DNA of 64,000 nucleotides from Vampirovibrio sp. (GTDB lineage: Bacteria > Cyanobacteriota > Vampirovibrionia > Vampirovibrionales > JAJTHC01): the NCBI GenBank assembly GCA_024998755.1, contig JACEUU010000002.1, positions 166,045-230,044 of the forward strand. Direction: 5' to 3'. A program made the position numbers and the translations under genes. Below the pieces are notes generated by a model, which saw only the letters and a list, made by a program, of their open reading frames with translations, was not told the origin of the DNA and did not search any database. Positions 17,831-27,622 of the stretch are shown here, piece after piece (position 1 is the first letter of the stretch; each line of letters opens with the position of its first letter).

Positions 17831-18919
17831 TTGACACTTATTTTCCCGATTTCAGACTCCGTGGTTTCAGTCAACCAGTATACTGAATTTTGGCGTGCAA
17901 TAGCAACGGAAGACGAACATACTTTTCTTGAAAATAGTGAGAAGTGTGCTTTTGAAACCTGCTTGCCTGAATGGGAACGGATGCGGGGGCGGTTTAATAC
18001 CCAGCACGCCACTCATGAATTTACGCTAGATGTTCACACGGCAAAAGTATTGACCAAAACCCGCCAAAGCCACTATTTTCAAACACTGCCACCACAATGG
18101 CAAGAATTAACCACCCTAGCCGCCTTATTACATGATATTGACAAAGAAGGCGGGTTAGCCCAAGACCGCTTCCAGCTTAAACCAGATATGGCACACCCTG
18201 CCAAGGCGGTAGCCACCGTGCGTAAACGGTTGCCCTCTTGGGGGTTTTCTCAACAAGCGGTTGAATGGGCGAGCTTGTTGGTGGGGCATCATCAAGCGTT
18301 TGGTCGGTGGATTATGCGAGCGGAATTTTTGAAAACAGAACCGTCCTCTGCTGAAATTAATCATTTGGCGGATACGTTACGGTCTGCAACGTTATTGCAA
18401 GCGTTACAAGCTTTGACGGAAGGAGATATTCGGGGAGTAAAGGGGGAAGACAAACTGTTTACTCCGTTTGCGGAAGAGCGTCTTGCTACTTATGGTGCGA
18501 AGGTTCTAGAAGTTATTAATATTATTGAGCAAGACCAAAGACAACGCTTAGAGGATTTGTTAATTCAGTTAGGCACTACCCAAGCCATGCAAGCGGGATG
18601 GTTGTTTTCTGAAGCAATGAAAACTGAAGCAGACCTGTTACCAACATCTGCCCTAATACCTGCAACAATTGTGGCAACGTTACCCATTAACTTTTTAGAA
18701 GATGCTGACGCTAGCCAATGCAACCTTTGCCAATTGAAAAACCAAGCTAGTAACCGAGTTTTTCCTGTTCAATTACAACGATTTGAAGCTATAACAGAAC
18801 CATGTTTACGGGTTGGGGTTTTGGCTAATCAAATAATGGGGTTTAATGGGGCTAGTTGGTCAATGAATCTACAAGTTAAAAACCCAGTTATACTGGATGT
18901 TTTAAACGCTACGCAATAA
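17831..18919 (+). CDS. HD-domain metal-dependent phosphohydrolase
   Basis: H...HD signature (HTAKVL ... LAALLHDIDK ... GHH). Confidence 0.6.
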   Translation: MTLIFPISDSVVSVNQYTEFWRAIATEDEHTFLENSEKCAFETCLPEWERMRGRFNTQHATHEFTLDVHTAKVLTKTRQSHYFQTLPPQWQELTTLAALLHDIDKEGGLAQDRFQLKPDMAHPAKAVATVRKRLPSWGFSQQAVEWASLLVGHHQAFGRWIMRAEFLKTEPSSAEINHLADTLRSATLLQALQALTEGDIRGVKGEDKLFTPFAEERLATYGAKVLEVINIIEQDQRQRLEDLLIQLGTTQAMQAGWLFSEAMKTEADLLPTSALIPATIVATLPINFLEDADASQCNLCQLKNQASNRVFPVQLQRFEAITEPCLRVGVLANQIMGFNGASWSMNLQVKNPVILDVLNATQ

Positions 18920-18964
18920 AAAAATGGGAGGATATAAATCCTCCCATTTTAAAAATAGGTGCTA

Positions 18965-20122
18965 TTATCTGCTAGATAAAGAAACGAATGCTCTATCTTT
19001 CGGACCTTCATACAATGCTTTAGGGCGAATTAATCGGTTATTAGCCAACTGTTCAACCACATGGCTTGTCCAACCAGCAATTCTACCCACCGCAAAGATA
19101 GGGGTGTAAATTTCGGTCGGAATACCCATCATGTAGTACATATAGGCAATTGGGTAATCCACATTCGGGAATAAGCCTTTTTCAGCTACTACGATGTTTT
19201 CCATCGTGTCCGCAATATGTACCCAAGGCGCATCGCCAATTTCTGCAATTAGCTCGTCTCTCATACCTTTTAACAAGGTTGCCCGAGGATCGCCATTTTT
19301 GTAAGCTCTGTGCCCAAAGCCCATAATTTTTTTCTTTTGGGCTAACGCTTCACGCGTCCAAGTTTCTGCATTTTCAGGTGTCTTCACTTCTAAGAAGGTC
19401 AACATCGCTTGTTCGTTAGCTCCACCATGTAGAGGGCCTTTTAACGCACCTACAGCAGCCGTTACACCGGAATGAATATCAGACAAGGTAGACGTGGTAA
19501 CCCGAGCCGCAAAAGTAGATGCATTAAAGCTATGTTCCGCATAAATAACCAAAGTGGCATTAAATACTTTCGCCATTACAGGGGAAGGCTTTTTGCCAAA
19601 CGCCATAGTGTAGAAGTTTTCAGCATGGCTATAATCAGACCCTTGAGGGGCAATAATTGCTTCGCCTTGACGAATACGATGATTGTAAGCAACCAAAGTG
19701 GCTGTTTGAGCAATTAACCTAACAGCCTTACGGATGTTTGCATCATTGGAATGGTTATTTTTATCAACATCATACAAGGCCAATAAAGCGATACCCGCTT
19801 TTAAGGTATCCATTGGGTGGGCGTCTTTAGGGAAGCCTTGAATTTGCTGCAAAACGGCGTCAGGAATGTGGCGTTCGCTAACCAATTGGGTGGTAAAATC
19901 ACACAATTGAACTTGTGTTGGCAGTTCGCCAAACAACAACAAGTAAGCAGTTTCTTCATAAGAACTATTTAACATTAAATCTTTAATATCATACCCACGG
20001 TAGGTCAGTGATTGGATTTCAGGGGAGATGGTACAAATTTTGGTTGTACCCGCAATAACACCTTCTAAACCAGGGCTATAAGCAGGCGTTACAGGAGGGG
20101 TTGCAGTAGCATTCACAGGCAA
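18965..20122 (-). CDS. gltA: Citrate synthase
   Basis: GFGHRAYKNGDPRA and HSGVTAAVGALKGPLHGGANE catalytic signatures. Confidence 0.85.
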   Translation of the reverse strand: MPVNATATPPVTPAYSPGLEGVIAGTTKICTISPEIQSLTYRGYDIKDLMLNSSYEETAYLLLFGELPTQVQLCDFTTQLVSERHIPDAVLQQIQGFPKDAHPMDTLKAGIALLALYDVDKNNHSNDANIRKAVRLIAQTATLVAYNHRIRQGEAIIAPQGSDYSHAENFYTMAFGKKPSPVMAKVFNATLVIYAEHSFNASTFAARVTTSTLSDIHSGVTAAVGALKGPLHGGANEQAMLTFLEVKTPENAETWTREALAQKKKIMGFGHRAYKNGDPRATLLKGMRDELIAEIGDAPWVHIADTMENIVVAEKGLFPNVDYPIAYMYYMMGIPTEIYTPIFAVGRIAGWTSHVVEQLANNRLIRPKALYEGPKDRAFVSLSSR

Positions 20123-20244
20123 ATACCTTTCAATTGAAAATAAATAGTTAGAAACAGTGAAAAAATTTTATTACTTCAGTTTAACGAGAACAAAAACAGA
20201 GTGCTAGTGTTTTCTATAAAAATACACCTTATTGTCAAGCTGTG

Positions 20245-21207
20245 TTAATGAGAAACCAACCCAGCAGCGTCCAAATACCGTTCAGCATCAATAGCAGCCA
20301 TACACCCAGTACCCGCCGCACTAATGGCCTGCCGGTATTTACTATCAGCTACGTCTCCGCACGCAAAAACACCAGCCACATTGGTTTCGGTGGATTGCGG
20401 AGCTACTGCCAAATAGCCTTTTTCATCTTTGGTTAGGCTGTTGCCAAACAATTTGGTGTTAGGGTCATGCCCAATAGCCATAAAAATACCTTGGGTGGCA
20501 AATTCTCGTTCTTCCCCTGTAACAGTATCTTTCAACATTACTGCATGAACGCCGTTCGCTTTATCACCCAAAATATCGGTTACAGTGGCATTGTAAATAA
20601 CGTCTACTTTTGGGTTGGCTAACATTCTATCCACCATAATTTTTGAGGCTCTAAAAGCTTCTCGACGGTGAACCAACGTTACTTTAGAAGCAAACTTGGT
20701 TAAGAAGTTGGCTTCTTCCATGGCGGAATCTCCACCACCTACAACCACCACTTCTTTGTCTCTGAAGAAGAAACCATCGCAAGTGGCACAAGCAGAAACG
20801 CCGTGTCCCATTAGGGCGGTTTCAGCAGGAATACCCAATAGTTTGGCACTTGCCCCTGTTGCAATAATTAGGGCATCGCAGGTGTAGGTTTCGCCGGCGG
20901 TTTTCAACACAAACGGACGAACCGATAAATCCACCGATTCCACTAATTCATAAAGGCATTTCGCCCCGAATCGTTTAGCTTGAGCCCGCATTTCGTCCAT
21001 CAGTTCAGGACCCATAATGCCTTTGGGAAAGCCGGGGAAGTTTTCAACTTCGGTGGTAATGGTTAATTGCCCACCGGGTTGAATGCCTTCAAATACGATA
21101 GGTGCTAAGTTAGCACGCCCAGCGTAAATAGCAGCCGTAAAGCCCGCTGGTCCTGAACCGATAATAATAATAGAAGAGTGGGTTGCCATCATCATAGAAA
21201 GAAACAT
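20245..21207 (-). CDS. trxB: Thioredoxin-disulfide reductase (likely start at the MMM, coordinate 21195)
   Basis: FAD motif IIGSGPAG. Redox-active CATCDG. NADPH motif VVGGGDSA. Confidence 0.85.
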   Translation of the reverse strand: MFLSMMMATHSSIIIIGSGPAGFTAAIYAGRANLAPIVFEGIQPGGQLTITTEVENFPGFPKGIMGPELMDEMRAQAKRFGAKCLYELVESVDLSVRPFVLKTAGETYTCDALIIATGASAKLLGIPAETALMGHGVSACATCDGFFFRDKEVVVVGGGDSAMEEANFLTKFASKVTLVHRREAFRASKIMVDRMLANPKVDVIYNATVTDILGDKANGVHAVMLKDTVTGEEREFATQGIFMAIGHDPNTKLFGNSLTKDEKGYLAVAPQSTETNVAGVFACGDVADSKYRQAISAAGTGCMAAIDAERYLDAAGLVSH

Positions 21208-21338
21208 CCTTTTTTAACAGGTGAAGAAAAATTAAAATAAAATACCTTAATAGTCTAACTTAAAAATAGCCCCTTAAACGTTAGGCTTTTGTTAAAACTG
21301 GCTGGTAATAGGTCTGACCAATAAGCCCTAAAATAAAC

Positions 21339-21412
21339 CGCCCCCGACAGGAATCGAACCTGTAACCTACTGCTTAGAAGGCAGTTGCTCTATCCGGTTG
21401 AGCTACAAGGGC
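21339..21412 (-). tRNA. tRNA-Arg (anticodon UCU)
   Basis: Cloverleaf read by hand: acceptor GCCCTTG/CGGGGGC; D-arm GCTC-AACCGGATA-GAGC; anticodon stem ACTGC/GCAGT with loop CTTCTAA; T-arm ACAGG-TTCGATT-CCTGT; discriminator G. Confidence 0.8.
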
Positions 21413-21514
21413 GTGTAAACAGTTAGTAATATTTTTTCATCTGTTCAAATTATCGCTTAAAAATAGTAAAAATCTAGCTTTTTCTTTATAAAACCGAAAA
21501 TTTTTTTTAGCCCG

Positions 21515-21796
21515 TTAAAACCGAGGCATTGGCATTAAGGCTTGTAATATAGCTTTAAATACCTGTAAAGCAAAAAACACGGCTATGGGAGATAAATCAA
21601 ACATACCCAAGGGTGGAATAATAGACCGAGCATAATTCAATGGCGGATTGGTTACATCCCGCACAAACCGCAACGGTTGTCTGTACCAATCCAGCTGAGG
21701 AAACCAAGACCCAAAAATGCTAACCATCAGCAATAACCAATAAAAATCACAAAGTCTAATCAATAAATTGAGGACATTTGGCAGTAAATTATCCAC
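21515..21796 (-). CDS. YggT/Ycf19-family small membrane protein
   Basis: 93 aa with two TM helices. Resembles Ycf19/YggT (my recollection). Confidence 0.55.
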   Translation of the reverse strand: MDNLLPNVLNLLIRLCDFYWLLLMVSIFGSWFPQLDWYRQPLRFVRDVTNPPLNYARSIIPPLGMFDLSPIAVFFALQVFKAILQALMPMPRF

Positions 21797-21891
21797 GAAT
21801 CAACAATCCTTTAAACTTTCAAACCGTTAAACTTTCACATTGTTTAGTGTATCATAAAAAGAAAATAGAAAATATTTGGTGGTAATTTTAT

Positions 21892-23001
21892 ATGAACTGG
21901 TTCTCAAAACAATTAGCTACTTACAACGCCGAATGGTTTTTACTGCCCACCAGCCAATGGATTGTAGCCTCAATTTGTTTTATTGCCTTATTTCTCTTCC
22001 TGCTTTGGTTGAAAAGTATGCTGGTTAAAGCCTTAGCAGAAACTGCTGTGCTTAGCCCCGTAGGCTTTAGGTTGTTTAGTGTAAAGGCGTTACAAACCGT
22101 ATCGCCACTGTTTCTATTAATGGTTTCAGTTATTGTAGCCACCAGCTTTTTGGAACCTTCGAAGGGGGTTCAGGTCATTCTCAATCAAATACCTCTCATT
22201 GCGATACTATTTCAGTTAGGTGTATGGACAAAGCCATTTACCACCATGAGCCTTCAAGCTTACATTGAAGTGCAAAAAACAGATGACGATAAATTAGCTT
22301 ACAAATCGCTCATGGGGCCTATTAGCGTTATTATTGTAGCGATTGTATGGATTATTTTAGGGCTGGTAGCACTCGATAATTTTAACGTTAACATTACCGG
22401 TCTGGTAACAGGGTTGGGTATCGGCGGTATTGTTATTGCTCTTGCTGTTAAAAGCATTTTGGAAGATTTATTTTCAGCCTTCACTATTATGTTAGATAAG
22501 CCCTTTGTGGTAGGCGATTTTATTTCCTTGGGCGAACATATGGGAACAGTAGAACATATTGGGCTTAAAACAACCCGTATTAACGCACTTTCTGGCGAAC
22601 AATTGGTTATTTCTAATGTAGATTTACTGGCGAGCCGTATCCGTAACTACCGCAGAATGGAAGAACGTAGGGTTGTACAATCTATTCAGTTAGATTTTTC
22701 AACGCCTTTAGAACAGCTAAAACAAGTGCCGTTGTGGATTGAAGAGATTGTCCGAAAACAACAACATGATTTACGGCTTGACAGAGTTCATTTTACAGGC
22801 ATTGGCACACAAGGCTTTACCATAGCACTCGTTTATATCGTTAAAAATAGCGATTATAATCTGCATATGGATTATCAGCAGACGTTTTTTCTTGCTTTGC
22901 TGAAAAAACTTAAAGAAGAACAAGTAGAATTAGCTCAACATAGCTATAACTTGCTTAAAATGCAACAGCCTATACCCGAAACAGCGAAACCTGCGGAATA
23001 G
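21892..23001 (+). CDS. Small-conductance mechanosensitive channel (MscS family)
   Basis: Core GLGIGGIVIALAVKSILEDLFSAFTIMLDKPFVVGDFISLGEHMGTVEHIGLKTTRI is typical of the MscS pore and beta domain. Confidence 0.75.
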   Translation: MNWFSKQLATYNAEWFLLPTSQWIVASICFIALFLFLLWLKSMLVKALAETAVLSPVGFRLFSVKALQTVSPLFLLMVSVIVATSFLEPSKGVQVILNQIPLIAILFQLGVWTKPFTTMSLQAYIEVQKTDDDKLAYKSLMGPISVIIVAIVWIILGLVALDNFNVNITGLVTGLGIGGIVIALAVKSILEDLFSAFTIMLDKPFVVGDFISLGEHMGTVEHIGLKTTRINALSGEQLVISNVDLLASRIRNYRRMEERRVVQSIQLDFSTPLEQLKQVPLWIEEIVRKQQHDLRLDRVHFTGIGTQGFTIALVYIVKNSDYNLHMDYQQTFFLALLKKLKEEQVELAQHSYNLLKMQQPIPETAKPAE

Positions 23002-23497
23002 TTTTTCCGATAATCTGTGGTTTTATTACTGGTGAAGAAGGTTTAGGAGCCATATCTACCTGATGAGCGATTGGTTCTAGAGATACTGCATTCCCAGACC
23101 GATTAGAAGAGCTATAATTGTTGAAATGCCCTGTACAAGAAGGTAAGTTAGGTGTGGCTCCCCAGAAGAATCCGCCATAGGGTACGCTGCCAAATCCGTA
23201 ACCAAAGCCACCATAGCCTAGCCCCATACCGTAGCCACCAAAGCCGCCATAACCACCAAAGCCACCGTATCCCATCCCATAACCGCCATACCCCAAGCCA
23301 TATCCACCAAAGGGGTACGGGCTATAAACAGGATTCGGAGCGTAGCGGTAACCGGAATAATCGCCAGTTATTAATCCGCCAATAGCAGTACCCAGCAAGC
23401 TACCATGGCTATGGTAGTTTAGCGGGTAGTCATGGTTGCAGCCACCATAGCCATAACCACCATATCCGGGATAAATACTGCCATAACCACCCATCAT
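22970..23497 (-). CDS. Gly/Tyr-rich low-complexity protein (GYGG repeats); starts MMGGYG
   Basis: 175-aa ORF. About 110 aa of [GY]-rich repeats (GYGGYGYGG, GGFGGYGGFGGYGMGLGYGGFGYGFG). Short glycine-zipper-like segment LLGTAIGGLITG. Non-repetitive C-terminal tail. The ATGATG start idiom supports this strand. Confidence 0.45.
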   Translation of the reverse strand: MMGGYGSIYPGYGGYGYGGCNHDYPLNYHSHGSLLGTAIGGLITGDYSGYRYAPNPVYSPYPFGGYGLGYGGYGMGYGGFGGYGGFGGYGMGLGYGGFGYGFGSVPYGGFFWGATPNLPSCTGHFNNYSSSNRSGNAVSLEPIAHQVDMAPKPSSPVIKPQIIGKTIPQVSLFRV

Positions 23498-23753
23498 AAC
23501 GATTGAGTCCTTGTATTAAAATCGAAAAACCTTAAAAGAGGGAGATACTTTTATAAAACCAACTGAAGCACTTTTTGGAACGCCCATTATTACTAACTCT
23601 TACTTAAATTGGTTAGCTTCAAACCATCAGCAGTCGAAGACAGGCTGGTGCGAGCGTAGCGAAGCAGACAAATTAGGAAGCCCTCTTTTGGCTTCCGGTC
23701 AAGCCTGTTTTCAACGTGCGTGCAAACCAATCAACCCTTGAGAGGGGTTTGTC

Positions 23754-23783
23754 AAGGGGGCGTGGAGACCCCTTGATTTTTTT
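23754..23783 (+). terminator. Strong hairpin plus T-run terminator with no upstream + strand gene within ~750 bp (possible sRNA 3' end)
   Basis: caaggggg-cgtggaga-ccccttg followed by attttttt. Confidence 0.45.
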
Positions 23784-23854
23784 GGGTGGCTGGCAAACAG
23801 CAGTTCCCCAAAAAAAGCCCCAGACCGAAGCGATTAACCAGTCTGCAGGAAGTG

Positions 23855-24559
23855 TTATTGCATATCAAATAACAATACTTCTGTAGTGGGTGAAACAGCA
23901 GTTATCAGCAAGACGTCTTCTTGTTCAATAGCCACTCCATCTCCCGCTTCAAGTGGATTTTTTTCGTTTAAAGTAATGCTACCCTTCGCCACTTGCAACC
24001 AAAGTTTTCTGTTAGGTTTAGCCGAATATGACAGTGATTCCCCAACGGTCAGCCTAGCCGCAGAAAAATCCACCGCCTGACCAATGGTAATAGACCCATC
24101 TCTACCCGTTTGCGACCCCACCAGTACCCATTGCCCTTGGGCATTATCTAAATCAAACGCTTTTTGTTCATAACTGGGGGAAGTTCCCTGTTTTTCAGGT
24201 AAAATCCAAATTTGCAGTAAATGAACGGGGTCTGTAGCTGACGCATTAAATTCGCTATGCTTAATACCTGTACCCGCACTCATTCGTTGCACTTCGGTAG
24301 GGCGAATGGTAGACCCTGTACCTAAACTATCCTTATGGGCTAATGCCCCTGCCAAAACATAGGTAATAATTTCCATGTCTTCATGCCCGTGGGTCGGGAA
24401 CCCTTCATTGGGCTGGATAATGTCTTCGTTAATTACCCGTAAACACCCAAAGCCCATGTGGGCAGCATCTTGATAAGACCCAAACGAAAAAGTGTGCCAG
24501 CTTTGAAGCCATCCTCGGTTAGCGAAACCTCTTTTATTTGCCCTGCGAATTGTTACCAT
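23855..24559 (-). CDS. Pirin-family cupin protein
   Basis: HGHEDMEIITYVLAGALAHKDSLG matches the pirin N-terminal cupin metal site. Confidence 0.8.
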   Translation of the reverse strand: MVTIRRANKRGFANRGWLQSWHTFSFGSYQDAAHMGFGCLRVINEDIIQPNEGFPTHGHEDMEIITYVLAGALAHKDSLGTGSTIRPTEVQRMSAGTGIKHSEFNASATDPVHLLQIWILPEKQGTSPSYEQKAFDLDNAQGQWVLVGSQTGRDGSITIGQAVDFSAARLTVGESLSYSAKPNRKLWLQVAKGSITLNEKNPLEAGDGVAIEQEDVLLITAVSPTTEVLLFDMQ

Positions 24560-24659
24560 GAAAAGAATCTCCTGCTATTTGTCCTGTTTTTTTGATACAC
24601 TTAACCATATGAACACCCCCTAATTCTAACAAATTTTACAGAGAAAGCAATTGCATACA

Positions 24660-25913
24660 ATGATGATGATGTCTACCCCTATAATCCAACGCCCAAAGGG
24701 CACGCAAGACGTATTGCCCGCACAAAGCCAACAGTGGTTTGGCTTGCTAGCTAAGGCTTCCGCCGTATTAGAGTCTGCCAATTACACCCGTATTGATACG
24801 CCCATTTTTGAAAACACCAGCTTGTTTGAACGGGGCGTGGGCGATAGTACCGATATTGTCAATAAAGAAATGTATAGCTTTGAAAAAGAAGGGCGTTCGC
24901 TGACCCTTCGTCCAGAAGGTACAGCTGGCGTGGTTCGAGCCTATATTGAACAGGGCTTGCACCGAACCGCTAAACCCGTTCGGCTTTATTATGCGGGGGC
25001 AATGTTTCGGTATGAACGCCCGCAAGAAGGCAGACAACGCCAATTCCACCAATTCGGGAGCGAACTGCTAGGGTTAGATACCCCTCAAGCGGATGCCGAA
25101 GTGATTCTACAAGCCATTGCCGTGTTGAAAACGCTCAATATTCAAGGAGTGGAACTACACCTCAATACCGTCGGCACACCAGAAGATAGACTTCGGTTTC
25201 GGGAAGCTCTTAAAACGTTGCTAGCCCCTCATTTGCCTGAATTGTGCGAAGATTGTCAACGTCGGTTTGAACAAAACCCCATTAGAATGTTAGATTGCAA
25301 AGTAACCACTTGCAAAACGATTTATGATGGCGAATTGGTTGAAACCTTCCTTAACACCTTTGATTGGTCTGCTGAAGCGGTGGAAAGCTTTAAAACGCTT
25401 TGTGGCATTTTAGACAAGCTGAATATTGCCTATAGCGTTAATCGCAGAATGGTGCGGGGGTTAGATTATTATACGGGTACGGTGTTTGAATTGACTTCTA
25501 ACCAGTTGGGGGCTCAAAGTGCGGTTTGTGGCGGTGGGCGATATAATCGCTTAGTGGAAACACTCGGTGGACCTGAAACACCTGCAATCGGGTGGGCCAT
25601 GGGTGTTGAACGCTTAATGAAGTTGGCTACTCATGATGAACCACCCGTCTTGGATTTTTACATCGTTACGAATCAACCAGCAGAAGCGTTTGCCTTGGCG
25701 GAACAATTACGGGCGAAAGGGGCTAGGGTTGAAGTTGATTTAACGCATAAACCATTTGGTAAGCAGTTAGCCCAAGCAGATAAACGCAAGGCGGTTCATG
25801 CACTGATTTTGGGCGATTCTGAAGTGCTAAAGAAACAAGTGGAAGTGAAAAAGTTAGAATCTGGTGTGCAAACGGCTTTTTCCACCACCGCCTTTCTTGC
25901 TAGTTTAGGTTAA
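24660..25913 (+). CDS. hisS: Histidine--tRNA ligase (start at MMMM)
   Basis: Class II motifs RPEGTAGVVRAY and GGGRYNRLVE, plus a C-terminal anticodon-binding domain. Confidence 0.9.
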   Translation: MMMMSTPIIQRPKGTQDVLPAQSQQWFGLLAKASAVLESANYTRIDTPIFENTSLFERGVGDSTDIVNKEMYSFEKEGRSLTLRPEGTAGVVRAYIEQGLHRTAKPVRLYYAGAMFRYERPQEGRQRQFHQFGSELLGLDTPQADAEVILQAIAVLKTLNIQGVELHLNTVGTPEDRLRFREALKTLLAPHLPELCEDCQRRFEQNPIRMLDCKVTTCKTIYDGELVETFLNTFDWSAEAVESFKTLCGILDKLNIAYSVNRRMVRGLDYYTGTVFELTSNQLGAQSAVCGGGRYNRLVETLGGPETPAIGWAMGVERLMKLATHDEPPVLDFYIVTNQPAEAFALAEQLRAKGARVEVDLTHKPFGKQLAQADKRKAVHALILGDSEVLKKQVEVKKLESGVQTAFSTTAFLASLG

Positions 25914-25940
25914 AACAACCAACAAAAAGGAGCCATAACT

Positions 25941-26969
25941 GTGCGAGTGTTGAGATTAGCCCTTATCATGGCATTACTGTTTCCTTTTGCTTACTGTGGT
26001 TTACTGCCCGTTCACGCAGGTGAACCATCTACACCGAAACCCGAAGCAATAACCCCGCAAGAAGACTTGCCCGTTAGCAAACGGGCATTTGCTCAATTTT
26101 TGGTTAGCCGGTTTGAACTACCTACCCAGTGGGTTTCCACCTTCCCCTTGTTTGCGGATGTGGAACTTTCAGACCCTGATTTCGTTTACCTTGATACCGC
26201 CTACCGTTACCACCTGCTTTTCCCTAACGATGACGGATACTTTCACTCTGATGAGCCCACTACCCAAGTGGATGCTTGGCTGGCGTTAGGCAAAGTGCTA
26301 TTCCCCAATAAAAAGCTTTCGCACAACCAATTAAAAGGTATTTTGCCTGAAATTACAGGGCAAGAACAATTGCAAGCCTTTCAAAAACCTCGGGTTGCTA
26401 TGCTTTATTTGGCAGGTATTATATCCACTGAAAAAGGCGATATTCCACTAGAACCCAACAAACCCATTACTCAAGGTTGGCTAAACACCATGGTTACAAC
26501 ACTGGAAGCAACCAAGTTACTATTGGTTGAAAAAGCCCAAAACACCCTAACAGATAACTTAGCCGACGATGAAACAGCCGATACCACCCCAACCATTCCG
26601 CCTAAAACGTTTTTTACCATTACCCCGAGCCAAGCGATTATCGGTAAAAACTTAGTGTTAAATGACGTGGTTTATTTTCAGCTGAAAGACCCTATTCGTA
26701 TTACGAAAACAGATGCAAGTTATACCACTATTCCTGCGACATCTAGCGTACAGGGGAAGATTGTGAGTAGGGAACCCATTAGTGAAAACGTTGAACGCTT
26801 TACGGTGGCGTTTCAATGGGTTCGGTCTGCGGAAAATGAACAGCTTTATAAGCTGAATTGCAATCTTGTTTTTTCAATTAGCACGTTAGAACCGAAACGC
26901 TCATTTAATGCGGTAACACGGGGGTATTTAATTAGCGGGCAAGATGTGTTTATTGTCGTTACGGAGTAG
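25941..26969 (+). CDS. Hypothetical secreted protein
   Basis: N-terminal signal peptide MRVLRLALIMALLFPFAYCGLLPVHAG. No recognised domain. Confidence 0.5.
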   Translation: MRVLRLALIMALLFPFAYCGLLPVHAGEPSTPKPEAITPQEDLPVSKRAFAQFLVSRFELPTQWVSTFPLFADVELSDPDFVYLDTAYRYHLLFPNDDGYFHSDEPTTQVDAWLALGKVLFPNKKLSHNQLKGILPEITGQEQLQAFQKPRVAMLYLAGIISTEKGDIPLEPNKPITQGWLNTMVTTLEATKLLLVEKAQNTLTDNLADDETADTTPTIPPKTFFTITPSQAIIGKNLVLNDVVYFQLKDPIRITKTDASYTTIPATSSVQGKIVSREPISENVERFTVAFQWVRSAENEQLYKLNCNLVFSISTLEPKRSFNAVTRGYLISGQDVFIVVTE

Positions 26970-26977
26970 GGACAAGC

Positions 26978-27060
26978 TGTGTGCCGGCCCGCTCTAAAAT
27001 CTAGAAACGGGCGGAGACACTAGCTCTAACGGTCTATATTACAGAAAAGTCCGCCCCTAT
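26978..27060. repeat. Degenerate REP-like element related to the right half of the 72-bp element
   Basis: tctagaaacgggcggagac...agtccgcccctat, versus tctagaccttgaaacgggacg...gcgtcccctacaa. Confidence 0.5.
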
Positions 27061-27190
27061 ATTGGGAGAATAGCTCATTAATTTTAGGAACAGCTACAAT
27101 AGGCAAAACGCAAAAAGTGCAGAAACCCTATTGTTAGAGGCACTGCACTTTTAGTTTATCTGTGTTTTTTGAAAGAAATGAACGAGAGAA

Positions 27191-27340
27191 CTAACCCTTG
27201 TTGCTTGAAGCGGTATTGCTTGCAGGTAAACGCCCATCATCATCGCCACAAGCAAAAGCAGCGGTAACAACTAAGGCATTAAATGCAACGACGCCTACAA
27301 TAGCAAGAGTCATTAAAAAAGTAGATTGTTTTGTCATCAT
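27191..27340 (-). CDS. Small secreted or membrane peptide (49 aa, MMTKQSTFLMTLAIVGVVAFNALVVTAAFACGDDDGRLPASNTASSNKG), not in the ORF track
   Basis: Found by hand. ATGATGAC start idiom. Hydrophobic N-terminus. Minus-strand hairpin plus T-run terminator at ~27110-27150. Confidence 0.3.
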   Translation of the reverse strand: MMTKQSTFLMTLAIVGVVAFNALVVTAAFACGDDDGRLPASNTASSNKG

Positions 27341-27471
27341 TGTGAGTAGAACATCCTTTTTATGTGTTTCGCTATTTAAAAAAAACGATCAGTTGCCTCA
27401 ATCAACAAAGTTGATAGAGTTGCATATAAGAATAAAACCAGCTTTTATATAACTATTCCGAATATAACAAA

Positions 27472-27502
27472 AATTGCAACAAAACTTTACGATATCTATA
27501 GT
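27472..27502 (+). promoter_or_regulatory. Candidate sigma-70-type promoter (TTGCAA-17-TATAGT) upstream of 27623..27931
   Basis: Read directly from the sequence. No other support. Confidence 0.25.
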
Positions 27503-27622
27503 ATTTATGCTGAAAAACCGTATAATAAACTAACGAAAGGCTTACAATAAAAGTCGTAGCCTTAGCACTACCTATACATTAACACCATTTTAAACCAATT
27601 ACACGGAGCTGACTTAAACCGT

